From contig JAADHC010000052.1 in NCBI GenBank assembly GCA_013152085.1, positions 26,572 to 90,571 on the forward strand: a stretch of DNA of 64,000 nucleotides, written 5' to 3'. This stretch comes from Chlorobiota bacterium (GTDB lineage: Bacteria > Bacteroidota > Bacteroidia > Bacteroidales > VadinHA17). Below are positions 49,170 to 58,370 of this stretch, in pieces. Position numbers and translations under genes: made by a program. Under the pieces are notes generated by a model. That model did not search any database. It saw only the letters and a list, made by a program, of their open reading frames with translations, and was not told the origin of the DNA. Each line of letters begins with the position of its first letter. The stretch's first letter is position 1.

Positions 49170-50489
49170 ATGATAAAAAATAAAAAACTCAGTCTGGTAG
49201 AAGTGATTTCAATGGCAGTAGGTACAATGATCGGTGCCAGTATTTTTTCAATTTTTGGTTTGGGAGCAAAAGTTGCCGGGCAGGATCTTCCTGAAGCATT
49301 TTTACTCTCAGGTATTTACGCTTTGGTTGTGGCTTATTCTTATGCAATACTTGGTTCAAAAATAATTTCAAATGCCGGACCTGTAGCTTTTATTTTAAAA
49401 GGGTTCGGGGACAATCTGATTACGGGAGCCCTGAGCATTTTAATGTGGCTGACTTATGTTGTGTCTATTTCACTTTTTGTCAAAGGTTTTGCCGGATATT
49501 TTCTTCCTTTGTTTCATATTGCATCCACATCTTTTGCCAACGGATTTGTTGAGGTAGTGGTTATTGCATTTTTTACCGCATTAAATTTCTTTGGAAGTAA
49601 AGCTGTAGGTAAGGCTGAATTTTATATCGTACTCACAAAGCTTACTATTTTATTGTTTTTTATTCTTGGAGGATTTCTGACAATCAAGGGAAGTAATATC
49701 AAACCTGCCTTTGACCATGTCCATACCAACGGTTTACTTAATGCTTCCGTAATATTTTTCCTATCGTATATGGGATTTGGTCTGATCACCAACACCTCCG
49801 AAAACATAAGGAATCCTAAGAAAAATGTTCCGCGGGCAATTTTTATCAGTATCTTTTTTGTGATGATCATTTATATATTCATTGCCCTTATAACCATTGG
49901 CAACCTGCCCCTGCCTGAAATCATTAAGGCACAAGAAAATGCTCTTGCCGTAGCTGCCCGTCCGTTTCTTGGCGATTTCGGTTTTCTTCTTATCTCTATC
50001 GGAGCTTTGTTTTCCATTTCATCAGCTTTAAATGCTACTATCTTCGGAGGTGCAAATATTGCATATTCGCTGGCAAAAGATGGTGAATTACCTGAAGTTT
50101 TTGAAAGGAAAATCTGGTTTAAATCAACGGAAGGCTTATATATTACTGCCGGTTTAGGTCTTTTAATAGCTTTATCTTTTGATTTAGGGGCCATCGCATC
50201 TATTACAAGTACTGTTTTTACGGTTATTTATATATTCGTATTGTTTTCCCATCTGAAATTAGCCAAACAATTCGGAGGAAATAAGTTGGTGATTTTGTTT
50301 AATATAATAATTCTTCTCTGTGTTTTTGCAGCATTAATGAATTATCAGTGGCATACACAAAAAAATGCATTTTATGCAAGTATTATCACATTTTTAAGTG
50401 CTCTTTTTATTGAATATCTTTATAGAAAGATTAAAGGCAGGGTATTTACTCGGGATGAAAACGTTCGTACTCCCTTTACCGGGGCATAA
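49170..50489 (+). CDS. APC-superfamily amino acid/polyamine permease
   Basis: ORF 49131..50489. Start moved to ATG 49170 (MIKNKKLSLVEVISMAVGTMIGASIF, the typical APC N-terminus). About 12 hydrophobic helices. Markedly AT-rich coding sequence. Confidence 0.8.
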   Translation: MIKNKKLSLVEVISMAVGTMIGASIFSIFGLGAKVAGQDLPEAFLLSGIYALVVAYSYAILGSKIISNAGPVAFILKGFGDNLITGALSILMWLTYVVSISLFVKGFAGYFLPLFHIASTSFANGFVEVVVIAFFTALNFFGSKAVGKAEFYIVLTKLTILLFFILGGFLTIKGSNIKPAFDHVHTNGLLNASVIFFLSYMGFGLITNTSENIRNPKKNVPRAIFISIFFVMIIYIFIALITIGNLPLPEIIKAQENALAVAARPFLGDFGFLLISIGALFSISSALNATIFGGANIAYSLAKDGELPEVFERKIWFKSTEGLYITAGLGLLIALSFDLGAIASITSTVFTVIYIFVLFSHLKLAKQFGGNKLVILFNIIILLCVFAALMNYQWHTQKNAFYASIITFLSALFIEYLYRKIKGRVFTRDENVRTPFTGA

Positions 50490-50768
50490 AGCATGTCTGC
50501 AAACATGATATCTCCGGAAATTTCTCATACCGGAATTTTAACCTGGATGAAACCTGATTTCAACCTTAAATGCTTATTTATTTTAGAAGAAAAGCCAGTA
50601 CATATAATAACAAACAAAAAGATTATGGTTACTTTTGTTATGGAGTTTCAGGAAAAACAAAACAGATTTATTAAATAATATCTGGAACTCTTTGTTGTAA
50701 CAAGTAATGAAAAGAATAATTCATATAACAAAACCGAGCACAAAAAACAATAACTAAAGTTTTATATT

Positions 50769-51227
50769 ATGAAATCAATAGTTGCAGTTTACGACATGCA
50801 CAAAGAAGCCGTTAATGCTGTCAGAAAGCTAAATGACAATAATTTCCCCATGAACCATGTTTCTTTGGCAGGAAAAGCGGAAGTCGTTGGTGATCATGTT
50901 CATATCAAATCTTTAGAACCCATGAAAAACGCACCTGCATTCATTGGAGCAGGAGCGGGAACCATTATCGGTTTACTCACAGGCATCGGAGCTTTTGCGA
51001 TCCCGGGTTTTGGATTTTTATATGGCGCAGGAGCACTGGTTGGAATCGTCGGAGGGTTTGACCTTGGTATTGTCTCGGGAGGACTTATTACGATTTTGGC
51101 TTCTCTTGGAATTGACAGAGATGAAGTTGTCGAATACCAGAAACATTTGGAAAAAGGGAAATTTCTGGTTATCGTAAATGGTTCTGAAAAAGAAATCGGA
51201 GACGCAAAAAAGATTTTAAATATTTAA
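50769..51227 (+). CDS. Small membrane protein with glycine-zipper helices, general-stress-protein-like (DUF1269-like by recollection)
   Basis: 152 aa. Soluble N-terminal domain, GAGAGTIIGLLTGIGAFAIPGFGFLYGAGALVGIVGGFDLGIVSGG glycine-zipper TM region, and a C-terminal EVVEYQKHLEKGKFLVIV. Confidence 0.65.
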   Translation: MKSIVAVYDMHKEAVNAVRKLNDNNFPMNHVSLAGKAEVVGDHVHIKSLEPMKNAPAFIGAGAGTIIGLLTGIGAFAIPGFGFLYGAGALVGIVGGFDLGIVSGGLITILASLGIDRDEVVEYQKHLEKGKFLVIVNGSEKEIGDAKKILNI

Positions 51228-51375
51228 GGGTAAACACTTTAAAATTTATAATGAACCATTTCTTGAAAAAACAAATGATGGGGATCTGACCACTCTTCCG
51301 GCTTCTGGTGCTCCGGAATTGAAAATCGCATTATTCAGCAACTCCTTTGATCTTTTTACTTTTATTGTGATCTTT

Positions 51376-52605
51376 TCAATAGTGACAATATTCCTGAAGC
51401 CAGGTTACCGCTTCTTTTTTTCCGTAGTGCAACGCCTGTTTAAAATCGAAACATGCCTCTTTCTTCTGCCGTGTTTTCAACAATGCTTGTCCCCTGCGCA
51501 GATAAACATCCCCATTGGTTGGATCAAGATCAAGGGCCATGCTATAATCGGCAGCAGCGTACCGGTACGTGCGGGCTTTCATATAGGCGTCGGCACGGGC
51601 TACAAAATAGACCGGGCTCGTAGCATCGCGGTCGATCACCTGTGAATAATACCGCATGGCGGAAGTGTATTTTCCGGCTTCTACAGCATAGTTCCCCATG
51701 TGGAAAAGGGTTTCCGTACTTTCGGGGAAATAAGACAAATATTGTTGTAAATCCGAAATCGCTTTTTCAAACTGGCCATTCCGGGCATAGGCTTCCGCAC
51801 GTTTTATCAGGAGGTCAAATCGTTCGGGAGCTGTTTTCAGGATTATTGTCCAGGAATCAATAGCTTCGGGATATTGCCTGAGTTTTTCTTCTGCAACAGC
51901 AAGGCCTGACAGTGCAGCCGTATCTCCGGAGATTGTTTGCAGGGCTTTTCTGTAGTCTTTGACAGCTGCTTCCGGTTTTCCCATCCGGGTATATACCTTT
52001 GCCCGCAATGTCAGCAATCCCGGGTCATCGCCATAACGGGAAATTAAAGATTCTACTTGATTTTGAGCTTCCCTGAACTGTTCCTGTGCCAGGGAAAAAT
52101 CAACTTCATACATTCTTTTTTCCTTTTCGGGATACCAGTCATTTTTCCAAAGATCACGCCATCCGGGAGTATCTTCAAGCCTGGATAGTATGGTATCCAT
52201 AACAATCACTTTACGGGACTGACGCCAGGGTGATTGCAGATGTGTCCTGAGCCATGCAAGGGCTTTTTGAGGATTGCCGGCAAGCGTATATGTTCTGGAA
52301 ATCCACAGGGAGGAAATGCCGGGAGATTTCTGATCTGCCAGATAAAAAGCCTCCAATGCACCATCATAATCACCAGCCAGCATCAGTGCTTCGCCCCGGA
52401 ATAAGGTAGCTTTCAACGCATCCCCGGCAGGGACCTGTGCCCGGGTTAAAAGGTCTGCAGCTTCACGGAAATTCTTTTGTTGTAATGCTGCCACTCCTTT
52501 CAGCCATTCCCGGGATTCCTGGCCTGAGACCGATGCCGGAACCACGGTTCCGGCAAAGACAGACAGCAGTACAAGCGTGATCAATCTATGTTTCATTTCC
52601 TTCAT
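51376..52605 (-). CDS. Tetratricopeptide-repeat (TPR) protein, exported
   Basis: 409 aa with a signal peptide. Multiple 34-aa A/Y/L-patterned repeats (..RAEAYARNGQFEKAISDLQQYL.., ..ARADAYMKARTYRYAAADYSMALDLDP..). Its start codon directly abuts the upstream stop (TAAATG). Confidence 0.8.
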   Translation of the reverse strand: MKEMKHRLITLVLLSVFAGTVVPASVSGQESREWLKGVAALQQKNFREAADLLTRAQVPAGDALKATLFRGEALMLAGDYDGALEAFYLADQKSPGISSLWISRTYTLAGNPQKALAWLRTHLQSPWRQSRKVIVMDTILSRLEDTPGWRDLWKNDWYPEKEKRMYEVDFSLAQEQFREAQNQVESLISRYGDDPGLLTLRAKVYTRMGKPEAAVKDYRKALQTISGDTAALSGLAVAEEKLRQYPEAIDSWTIILKTAPERFDLLIKRAEAYARNGQFEKAISDLQQYLSYFPESTETLFHMGNYAVEAGKYTSAMRYYSQVIDRDATSPVYFVARADAYMKARTYRYAAADYSMALDLDPTNGDVYLRRGQALLKTRQKKEACFDFKQALHYGKKEAVTWLQEYCHY

Positions 52606-55215
52606 TTATTTTTCTCCGGGGTTTACTGCACCTTTTTCGGTGATCACATGGATAAATCCGGAAATATTCCTGACTTCGACTCCGGTGAGCCGGGTTTCAT
52701 AAACATCACATAAATAATAATAAACTCCGGGAGGCACCAGTTGCTTGTTTCCCATATATTTTCCATTCCAGTTAATTTCAGGATCCTGTGTGCGATACAC
52801 CAGTTTCCCGTTCCGGTTGAAAATCTGCATATCCACCTTTTCAACAAATTTGATCACACGGGCTTTCAACAGATCATTGATATTGTCTCCATTAGGTGTA
52901 AATACATTGGGGATTTCGTAAAATGTACAGCTATCCACACAGACGATAGGCGAATATGGGCTCACATTATCAAATGAATCCACGGCAGTGATTGCATAGC
53001 ATCCCGACAGGGAATTTTCGGGAAAATGGATATAGGTCGTATCTTCGGGCGAGGAGAGATAAGCCAGCTCCTGGAACGGATCTTTCAGGAAATTCTTATA
53101 ATAAAGCCGGTATGCCACTACATCATCGGTACAGCTGTTATTCGGATTGTTCCATACCAGTGCATTGTACAGGCTGTCACACACCGAAGTAACATGCAAC
53201 TCAGGCGGACAGGGTGGGGTAAGGTCAACCGGCACTGCACAGGCTATCTGGGAATGATTAAGAATGGGTTCGGGAAATCCCGGCCGGTTATAAGATCCAC
53301 TGCTTTCGACAAAATAACAATAGTTTACTCCGTTGGTTAAACCTGTATCAGTAAACAGCGTATCTGAAGTAAATCCTATCGAATCGAAAAGCCCGGAGAC
53401 CTTGTTCTGACGATAGATAGTATAGCCGGTATTGATCCAGGGAACATTTTTCCGGATGTGGAGGGTTACCCGGTTATCATTAGGCTCGGGGAAGACAAAC
53501 AGCGAGGATGCCACGCCCGGGTCACCAATCAGAAACCGGTTACCCGGTACATCGTTATACAATTCAACTTTATAGGTATAGGATACATCCCGTGTATTGA
53601 TCAATGTATCCGTATACGTAGTATCATTCAAGTCTGCCGTTTTAAAGGTATGAATGAGTGTGTAGTTCTTACCCCATAATCCGGGAGATCTGTAAATCAG
53701 GTATTCATAAGGGCCATTGGCGGGAATGGTATCCAGAGACCGGGGTTTCATCCATGAAAGGAATATCCGGCCGTCAGAAACACCGGTTTGTGTAACACTG
53801 ACATTCGTAATTACCGGTGTACCGTTAACCAGAATGCCACAATCTTCGTTTGAAGGCACGGACTCAGAACCGTCGCGATAGAGCCCGACAACCATATAAC
53901 AATAATCTGTCCCCTGCATCAGTCCCTGTCCGTTATTATTATCAATGTACACCGTATCGCCTTTTGTTTGACCTACGGCAACGTAACCTGTAAATGCAGG
54001 CACACCACTGGCACAACTGTCAGGTTGATAACCGGAGAACCCCATTTTCCGGTAGATACGGTATCCGGGAATACTGTCACATGGTCCGGGCGACCACGTA
54101 AGTCGCATGCTGTTCCCGCCGGGGATAACATCCAGGTTTTCAGGCGGCGGGCCGAGAACACGAATATGGAAGTTTGAAATAGTGACCATTTTAAGGTCTG
54201 CATTATCATCTTCGGATTTAATAACCACCTGGTAGGGTTGCTGCCGGGCATCTTCACACTCAGTAACCCATGAGAATGCATATGTGGAAAAACCGGTGTC
54301 GGCGGCCAGCCGTGTGAAAGTCACCCGGGATGAGTCAATAAAAAACATCCCGCCCGAAGCTTCCACATGGACCGAATCAAAATCAGGATCGGTTACAGTG
54401 AATTCAAACTGCACCGAATCTCCTGCCATAATACAATAATCCTTAAAGTCAGGATTTACCGGCGGATTGTTGTCTGTATTGTACACTTCGACCTGCATAT
54501 CCCTTTCAATATTGCCGATACGGATACCGTCACGCCATTCATAGATGTTCATGGCAAGGTTATATATACCACTGTCTACAGGAGAATCCCATACCAGGTC
54601 GCCCGTAACCGGATCTACATAGAGCGTATCGCTGGCCTCGGGAAAAGTATAATTTTCAATAGGCTCACCTTTTTCCTTGCGGCATACGGTAAGTTCATAA
54701 GACAGACTATCGCCGTCAGGGTCAAATGCCGAAGGATTGTGAATAAAAATGTGACCCAGAGCGGCTTTGTCAATGGGAGGATTCAGCAGCACCGGCGTGC
54801 TGTTCTTGCCGATTTTCGGATTGATCAGCAGGGTGGTTTGAACGGAAAAGATCACATTCACCGAATTGGGTATGTTTTTTACCCCGAAATTACGATTGGG
54901 ATCCTGGACAACAATCTGGTAAACGCCCGGCCCGGGATAGGTATGCCGGACAATATAGGTATTCCGTTTATAAAAGTTTGGCAGGTAAACTATGGATTGC
55001 CTGTTAGCAATGGAAGTAGTATTGTCTCCCCATTGTACTTCAAGCTGGGGCCGGTCGGCGGCGCTCAGGGTATAGGTAAAGGTAGTCAGGGTAATTTCAT
55101 AGGTAAAGTCAGAAATCTGCCTGCATGTGATCTCCCCTGCCCTGTTGTGGGTAGCCATCAAAGGAAAGCTTACCGTCAAAGCTACCATTAAACCGACAAA
55201 CCTGCGCATAAACAT
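52606..55215 (-). CDS. Large secreted protein with a C-terminal T9SS type-B (gliding-motility-associated) sorting domain
   Basis: 869 aa. Signal peptide, ATHNRAGEIT N-terminal motif, Ig/FN3-like repeat region, and a C-terminal YEIPNVFTPNGDNINDLL..FNRNGKLVY..WNGKY..PPGVYYY motif characteristic of the type-B CTD. Confidence 0.8.
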   Translation of the reverse strand: MFMRRFVGLMVALTVSFPLMATHNRAGEITCRQISDFTYEITLTTFTYTLSAADRPQLEVQWGDNTTSIANRQSIVYLPNFYKRNTYIVRHTYPGPGVYQIVVQDPNRNFGVKNIPNSVNVIFSVQTTLLINPKIGKNSTPVLLNPPIDKAALGHIFIHNPSAFDPDGDSLSYELTVCRKEKGEPIENYTFPEASDTLYVDPVTGDLVWDSPVDSGIYNLAMNIYEWRDGIRIGNIERDMQVEVYNTDNNPPVNPDFKDYCIMAGDSVQFEFTVTDPDFDSVHVEASGGMFFIDSSRVTFTRLAADTGFSTYAFSWVTECEDARQQPYQVVIKSEDDNADLKMVTISNFHIRVLGPPPENLDVIPGGNSMRLTWSPGPCDSIPGYRIYRKMGFSGYQPDSCASGVPAFTGYVAVGQTKGDTVYIDNNNGQGLMQGTDYCYMVVGLYRDGSESVPSNEDCGILVNGTPVITNVSVTQTGVSDGRIFLSWMKPRSLDTIPANGPYEYLIYRSPGLWGKNYTLIHTFKTADLNDTTYTDTLINTRDVSYTYKVELYNDVPGNRFLIGDPGVASSLFVFPEPNDNRVTLHIRKNVPWINTGYTIYRQNKVSGLFDSIGFTSDTLFTDTGLTNGVNYCYFVESSGSYNRPGFPEPILNHSQIACAVPVDLTPPCPPELHVTSVCDSLYNALVWNNPNNSCTDDVVAYRLYYKNFLKDPFQELAYLSSPEDTTYIHFPENSLSGCYAITAVDSFDNVSPYSPIVCVDSCTFYEIPNVFTPNGDNINDLLKARVIKFVEKVDMQIFNRNGKLVYRTQDPEINWNGKYMGNKQLVPPGVYYYLCDVYETRLTGVEVRNISGFIHVITEKGAVNPGEK

Positions 55216-55250
55216 CCGTCCCGTTTCCCCTATGATTTGGTTTTACGAAG

Positions 55251-55763
55251 TTACAATTTTTTACCGACAGTAAACGATTCACTGTAGTATTTCCTGTGAA
55301 ACCGAAGACCTTTTTCAATATTATCAAATTTAAAAATAACCAGGTCGGTCTGGTCAAAATACATATCCATCATTACGGTATTTGTCAGGGTGATCCTGTT
55401 TATCTTTCCCGTATAGGGAATCCGGCAATAGAGCCAGATCGCTTTTTCATTGATCTCTTTACTGCTGTATTTCAGTGGTAATTTTTTGGAGTCATTCACA
55501 AGGAGTGAAAAATGTTCATCAAGATACCGTTGAAACCAGACAGCTGTTTCGGGATTCTCATCAGGTTTTCCTAAATTTAGCGCCACGCCGTAATCTTCGG
55601 CGATGATACTTTCAAGGTCATCGTAAAAGATTTTGAAGGTTACGGCAAACTGTTCCTTTTCAGGCTGGTATTCCACGGTGGTCAGTGCAACATGGATTGG
55701 ATGCGGGGGTAAAGGCACCGGGAAGGCGATGAAAAGGTTTATGAAAATGATACTAATCCACAT
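55251..55763 (-). CDS. Hypothetical exported protein
   Basis: 170-aa ORF with an N-terminal hydrophobic segment. HPIHVALTTVEYQPEKEQFAVTFKIFYDDLE has no function I can assign. Divergent from the HupE/UreJ gene, with an 11-nt gap between starts. Confidence 0.55.
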   Translation of the reverse strand: MWISIIFINLFIAFPVPLPPHPIHVALTTVEYQPEKEQFAVTFKIFYDDLESIIAEDYGVALNLGKPDENPETAVWFQRYLDEHFSLLVNDSKKLPLKYSSKEINEKAIWLYCRIPYTGKINRITLTNTVMMDMYFDQTDLVIFKFDNIEKGLRFHRKYYSESFTVGKKL

Positions 55764-55774
55764 ACAATATTATT

Positions 55775-56359
55775 ATGTCAATCTTTGAACTTTATCTGAA
55801 TCTGGGGATCCACCATATTGCCGATCTGAGAGGGTATGATCATATACTTTTTATCTCTACGCTGATCGCCGTGTACCAGCTCAAACACTGGAAGAAAGTG
55901 ATCGTTTTGGTTACGGCATTTACCATCGGGCACTCTACAACACTGGCACTGGCCACCCTGCACATTTTACGGATTTCACCAGACTGGATTGAATTTCTGA
56001 TACCCGTTACCATTTTTATTACTGCATTTATTAATCTCCTGCAAAAATCGGACAATTTTGACCGCGATATACATTTTTTTAAATATCTCACGGCACTTTT
56101 TTTCGGACTGATCCACGGCCTCGGGTTTTCCAATTATCTCCGCTCACTTCTCGGAGCGGAAAGTTCTTTTGTGTGGCCATTGTTTTCTTTTAATTTGGGT
56201 ATCGAAGTCGGACAATTTATCATTGTCTCTATTGTCCTGGCACTCAACCTGGTATTAGTAAAATGGGTGCATATTCGGCAGCGGGACTGGCGGCTGGTCA
56301 TTTCCGGTGCCGGGCTGGGCGTCAGCCTGGTGTTGATGGGAAACCGGTTTCCGTTTTAG
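55775..56359 (+). CDS. HupE/UreJ-family membrane protein
   Basis: 194 aa with six predicted helices. GIHHIADLRGYDHILF and FTIGHSTTLA motifs are typical of the HupE/UreJ_2 family. Confidence 0.75.
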   Translation: MSIFELYLNLGIHHIADLRGYDHILFISTLIAVYQLKHWKKVIVLVTAFTIGHSTTLALATLHILRISPDWIEFLIPVTIFITAFINLLQKSDNFDRDIHFFKYLTALFFGLIHGLGFSNYLRSLLGAESSFVWPLFSFNLGIEVGQFIIVSIVLALNLVLVKWVHIRQRDWRLVISGAGLGVSLVLMGNRFPF

Positions 56360-56382
56360 CCCGGAAGTACCTGGACCCGGAT

Positions 56383-56829
56383 TTATTCTTCAGGCTTGTT
56401 TCCTTTCCCGCTAATCACCCGCAGGGCTTCTACGGCCAGGCGGTATCCATCCATGCCAAACCCGGTAATGGTCCCCCGGCATACCTTTGCCAGCAATGAC
56501 CTTTGGCGAAAAGCCTCCCTCGCCAGAATATTGGAGATATGTACTTCAATGACCGGAAGAGAGACAGAAGCTACGGCATCTGCTATCGCTACCGATGTAT
56601 GTGTGAAGGCTCCCGCATTAAGTACAATACCGTCATATTTACCTTCAGCCGATTGGATCAAATCTACCAGCTCCCCTTCCCGATTACTCTGAAACAGTGT
56701 AAAGGTAAATCCAGAAAAAAGCTCCTGCAACACCTTTAGATAATCCTCAAAAGTTACTTTTCCGTAAATATCAGGCTGGCGGTGTCCCAGTAAATTCAAA
56801 TTCGGTCCGTTGACAATGGCTATTTTCAT
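56383..56829 (-). CDS. aroQ: Type II 3-dehydroquinate dehydratase
   Basis: MKIAIVNGPNLNLLGHRQPDIYG.., NAGAFTHTSVAI, EVHISN signature motifs. Confidence 0.93.
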   Translation of the reverse strand: MKIAIVNGPNLNLLGHRQPDIYGKVTFEDYLKVLQELFSGFTFTLFQSNREGELVDLIQSAEGKYDGIVLNAGAFTHTSVAIADAVASVSLPVIEVHISNILAREAFRQRSLLAKVCRGTITGFGMDGYRLAVEALRVISGKGNKPEE

Positions 56830-56973
56830 TCGTTAATTTATTATTTTTTGCTGTTTTGAATATATCCGCCGGCATACCGAAATAAAATATCTTTATCGCG
56901 GAAAGACCGGTTAGGCAATTCAAAATTAAGTAAATTTGTAAGTTTTCCTAAATCCATAAACCAGGTAAACCGG

Positions 56974-57891
56974 ATGACGCAACCGACGACATATTACTGG
57001 GAGGATCTGCTTGGAGGATACCGCTCGTACCTTAAACTGGAAAAATCGGTTGCTGCGCCTACCGTTGAGGCATATAACAGTGATGTCAGCAAGTTTATCC
57101 GTTATCTTGAAGCCACGGGCCGTGAGGATCTCACCGCTGCCGATATCACTGCTGATTTACTCCGGGAATTCATCACTGAGATCAGCAAACTGGGCATTGG
57201 CCCACGGACACAGGCACGTCTGATCTCCGGAATAAAATCTTTTTTTAAATATCTCTTTCTCGAAAATATCCTGACTCTCAATCCTGCCGAACTGCTGGAA
57301 TCCCCGAAGATCGGCCGCAAACTTCCGGAAGTGCTCACGGTCGGGGAAATTGACAAAATTATCGGAACCATCGACCTCTCCCATCCGCAGGGACAGCGAA
57401 ACAAAGCCATGCTGGAAACATTATACAGTTGCGGATTGCGTGTTTCCGAACTGGTTGACCTTCGCATTTCCAATCTGTACTTCAACGAAGGATTTATCAA
57501 AGTTACCGGAAAGGGCAGCAAAGAACGCCTTGTCCCGATCAGCTACAGAGCCATTAGAGAGATCGAGCGGTATATTCCCGACCGGAATCATCTTGAAATC
57601 GATCCGGCATATGAAGATATTCTTTTTCTAAACCGCCTGGGAAGAAAGCTTACCCGTGTGATGATCTTCACCATTATTAAAGATCTGTCACTGAAGACCG
57701 GTATAAAAAAAACGGTGAGTCCCCACACTTTCAGGCACTCTTTTGCGACACACCTTATGGAAGGAGGCGCCGACCTGCGTGCCATCCAGGAAATGCTCGG
57801 ACATGAATCCATCCAAACCACCGAAATCTATACACACATGGATAAAGATTATCTTCGTAGTACGATCCTCGAATTTCATCCAAGGGCATAA
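56974..57891 (+). CDS. xerD: Site-specific tyrosine recombinase XerD
   Basis: N-terminal SAM-like domain. Catalytic residues lie in GLRVSEL, HTFRHSFATHL, LGHESIQTTEIYTH. The aroQ-xerD adjacency is common in Bacteroidota. Confidence 0.88.
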   Translation: MTQPTTYYWEDLLGGYRSYLKLEKSVAAPTVEAYNSDVSKFIRYLEATGREDLTAADITADLLREFITEISKLGIGPRTQARLISGIKSFFKYLFLENILTLNPAELLESPKIGRKLPEVLTVGEIDKIIGTIDLSHPQGQRNKAMLETLYSCGLRVSELVDLRISNLYFNEGFIKVTGKGSKERLVPISYRAIREIERYIPDRNHLEIDPAYEDILFLNRLGRKLTRVMIFTIIKDLSLKTGIKKTVSPHTFRHSFATHLMEGGADLRAIQEMLGHESIQTTEIYTHMDKDYLRSTILEFHPRA

Positions 57892-57928
57892 ATATAAGGC
57901 CTGTCAAAAAGGCTTATAAATGATGTTT

Positions 57929-58183
57929 TTACCTGTGTTTATCAAGAATAAAACCGACTTTTCCGGTAGAGGAAGAAACCGCAATCTTTTCAATGAATTT
58001 ATCTGTTTTATTCTGTGCCATAACCTTCATGCCGCTGGCAGGATGGCCTTTCTTAAAGACTGCTGCTTTTAATGTGTCCCCGGGTTGCAAATTAAAAGGC
58101 CTGGAGTCAAACCAATAATCATGGGACATAATCAATACGGAGATCAAAATCGTTGCAGGAAAAAACCAATATTTTTTAAACAT
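57929..58183 (-). CDS. Small hypothetical membrane-anchored protein (84 aa)
   Basis: An N-terminal TM segment followed by HDYWFDSRPFNLQPGDTLKAAVFKKGH. This resembles the start of DUF4198-type periplasmic proteins as I recall them, but is far shorter. Confidence 0.4.
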   Translation of the reverse strand: MFKKYWFFPATILISVLIMSHDYWFDSRPFNLQPGDTLKAAVFKKGHPASGMKVMAQNKTDKFIEKIAVSSSTGKVGFILDKHR

Positions 58184-58370
58184 ATTTCAATATATTAAGA
58201 TTAAAAGGACAAACAAAACCGCATTATAATAAAGTTAAAACAAACATACGTAATTCTGTTCTTAAAAATCCACAGAGTTTTGAATAAAATCTTTCTCCGG
58301 AGACAGGATTTTTATTACTTTTGACCAATTTTGTCGCTAAAAACTCTAACTAATTAAAAACGATACAATT

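Noticed and set aside
50493-50678. 61-aa ORF in the AT-rich spacer after the permease gene
   Set aside because: No recognisable motif, hydrophobic segment or translational signal. Such ORFs are expected by chance in AT-rich DNA. Left unannotated.
54367-55191. 274-aa + strand ORF, the longest unassigned ORF in the window
   Set aside because: It lies entirely antisense to the T9SS cargo gene. Its I/R/G/V-rich composition is typical of an antisense shadow frame, and no motifs were recognised.
56974-57891. Tyrosine recombinase as the marker of an integrated mobile element
   Set aside because: The sequence and its pairing with aroQ fit housekeeping XerD. There are no flanking att-like repeats, no tRNA and no cargo genes, and I noticed no compositional shift around it.
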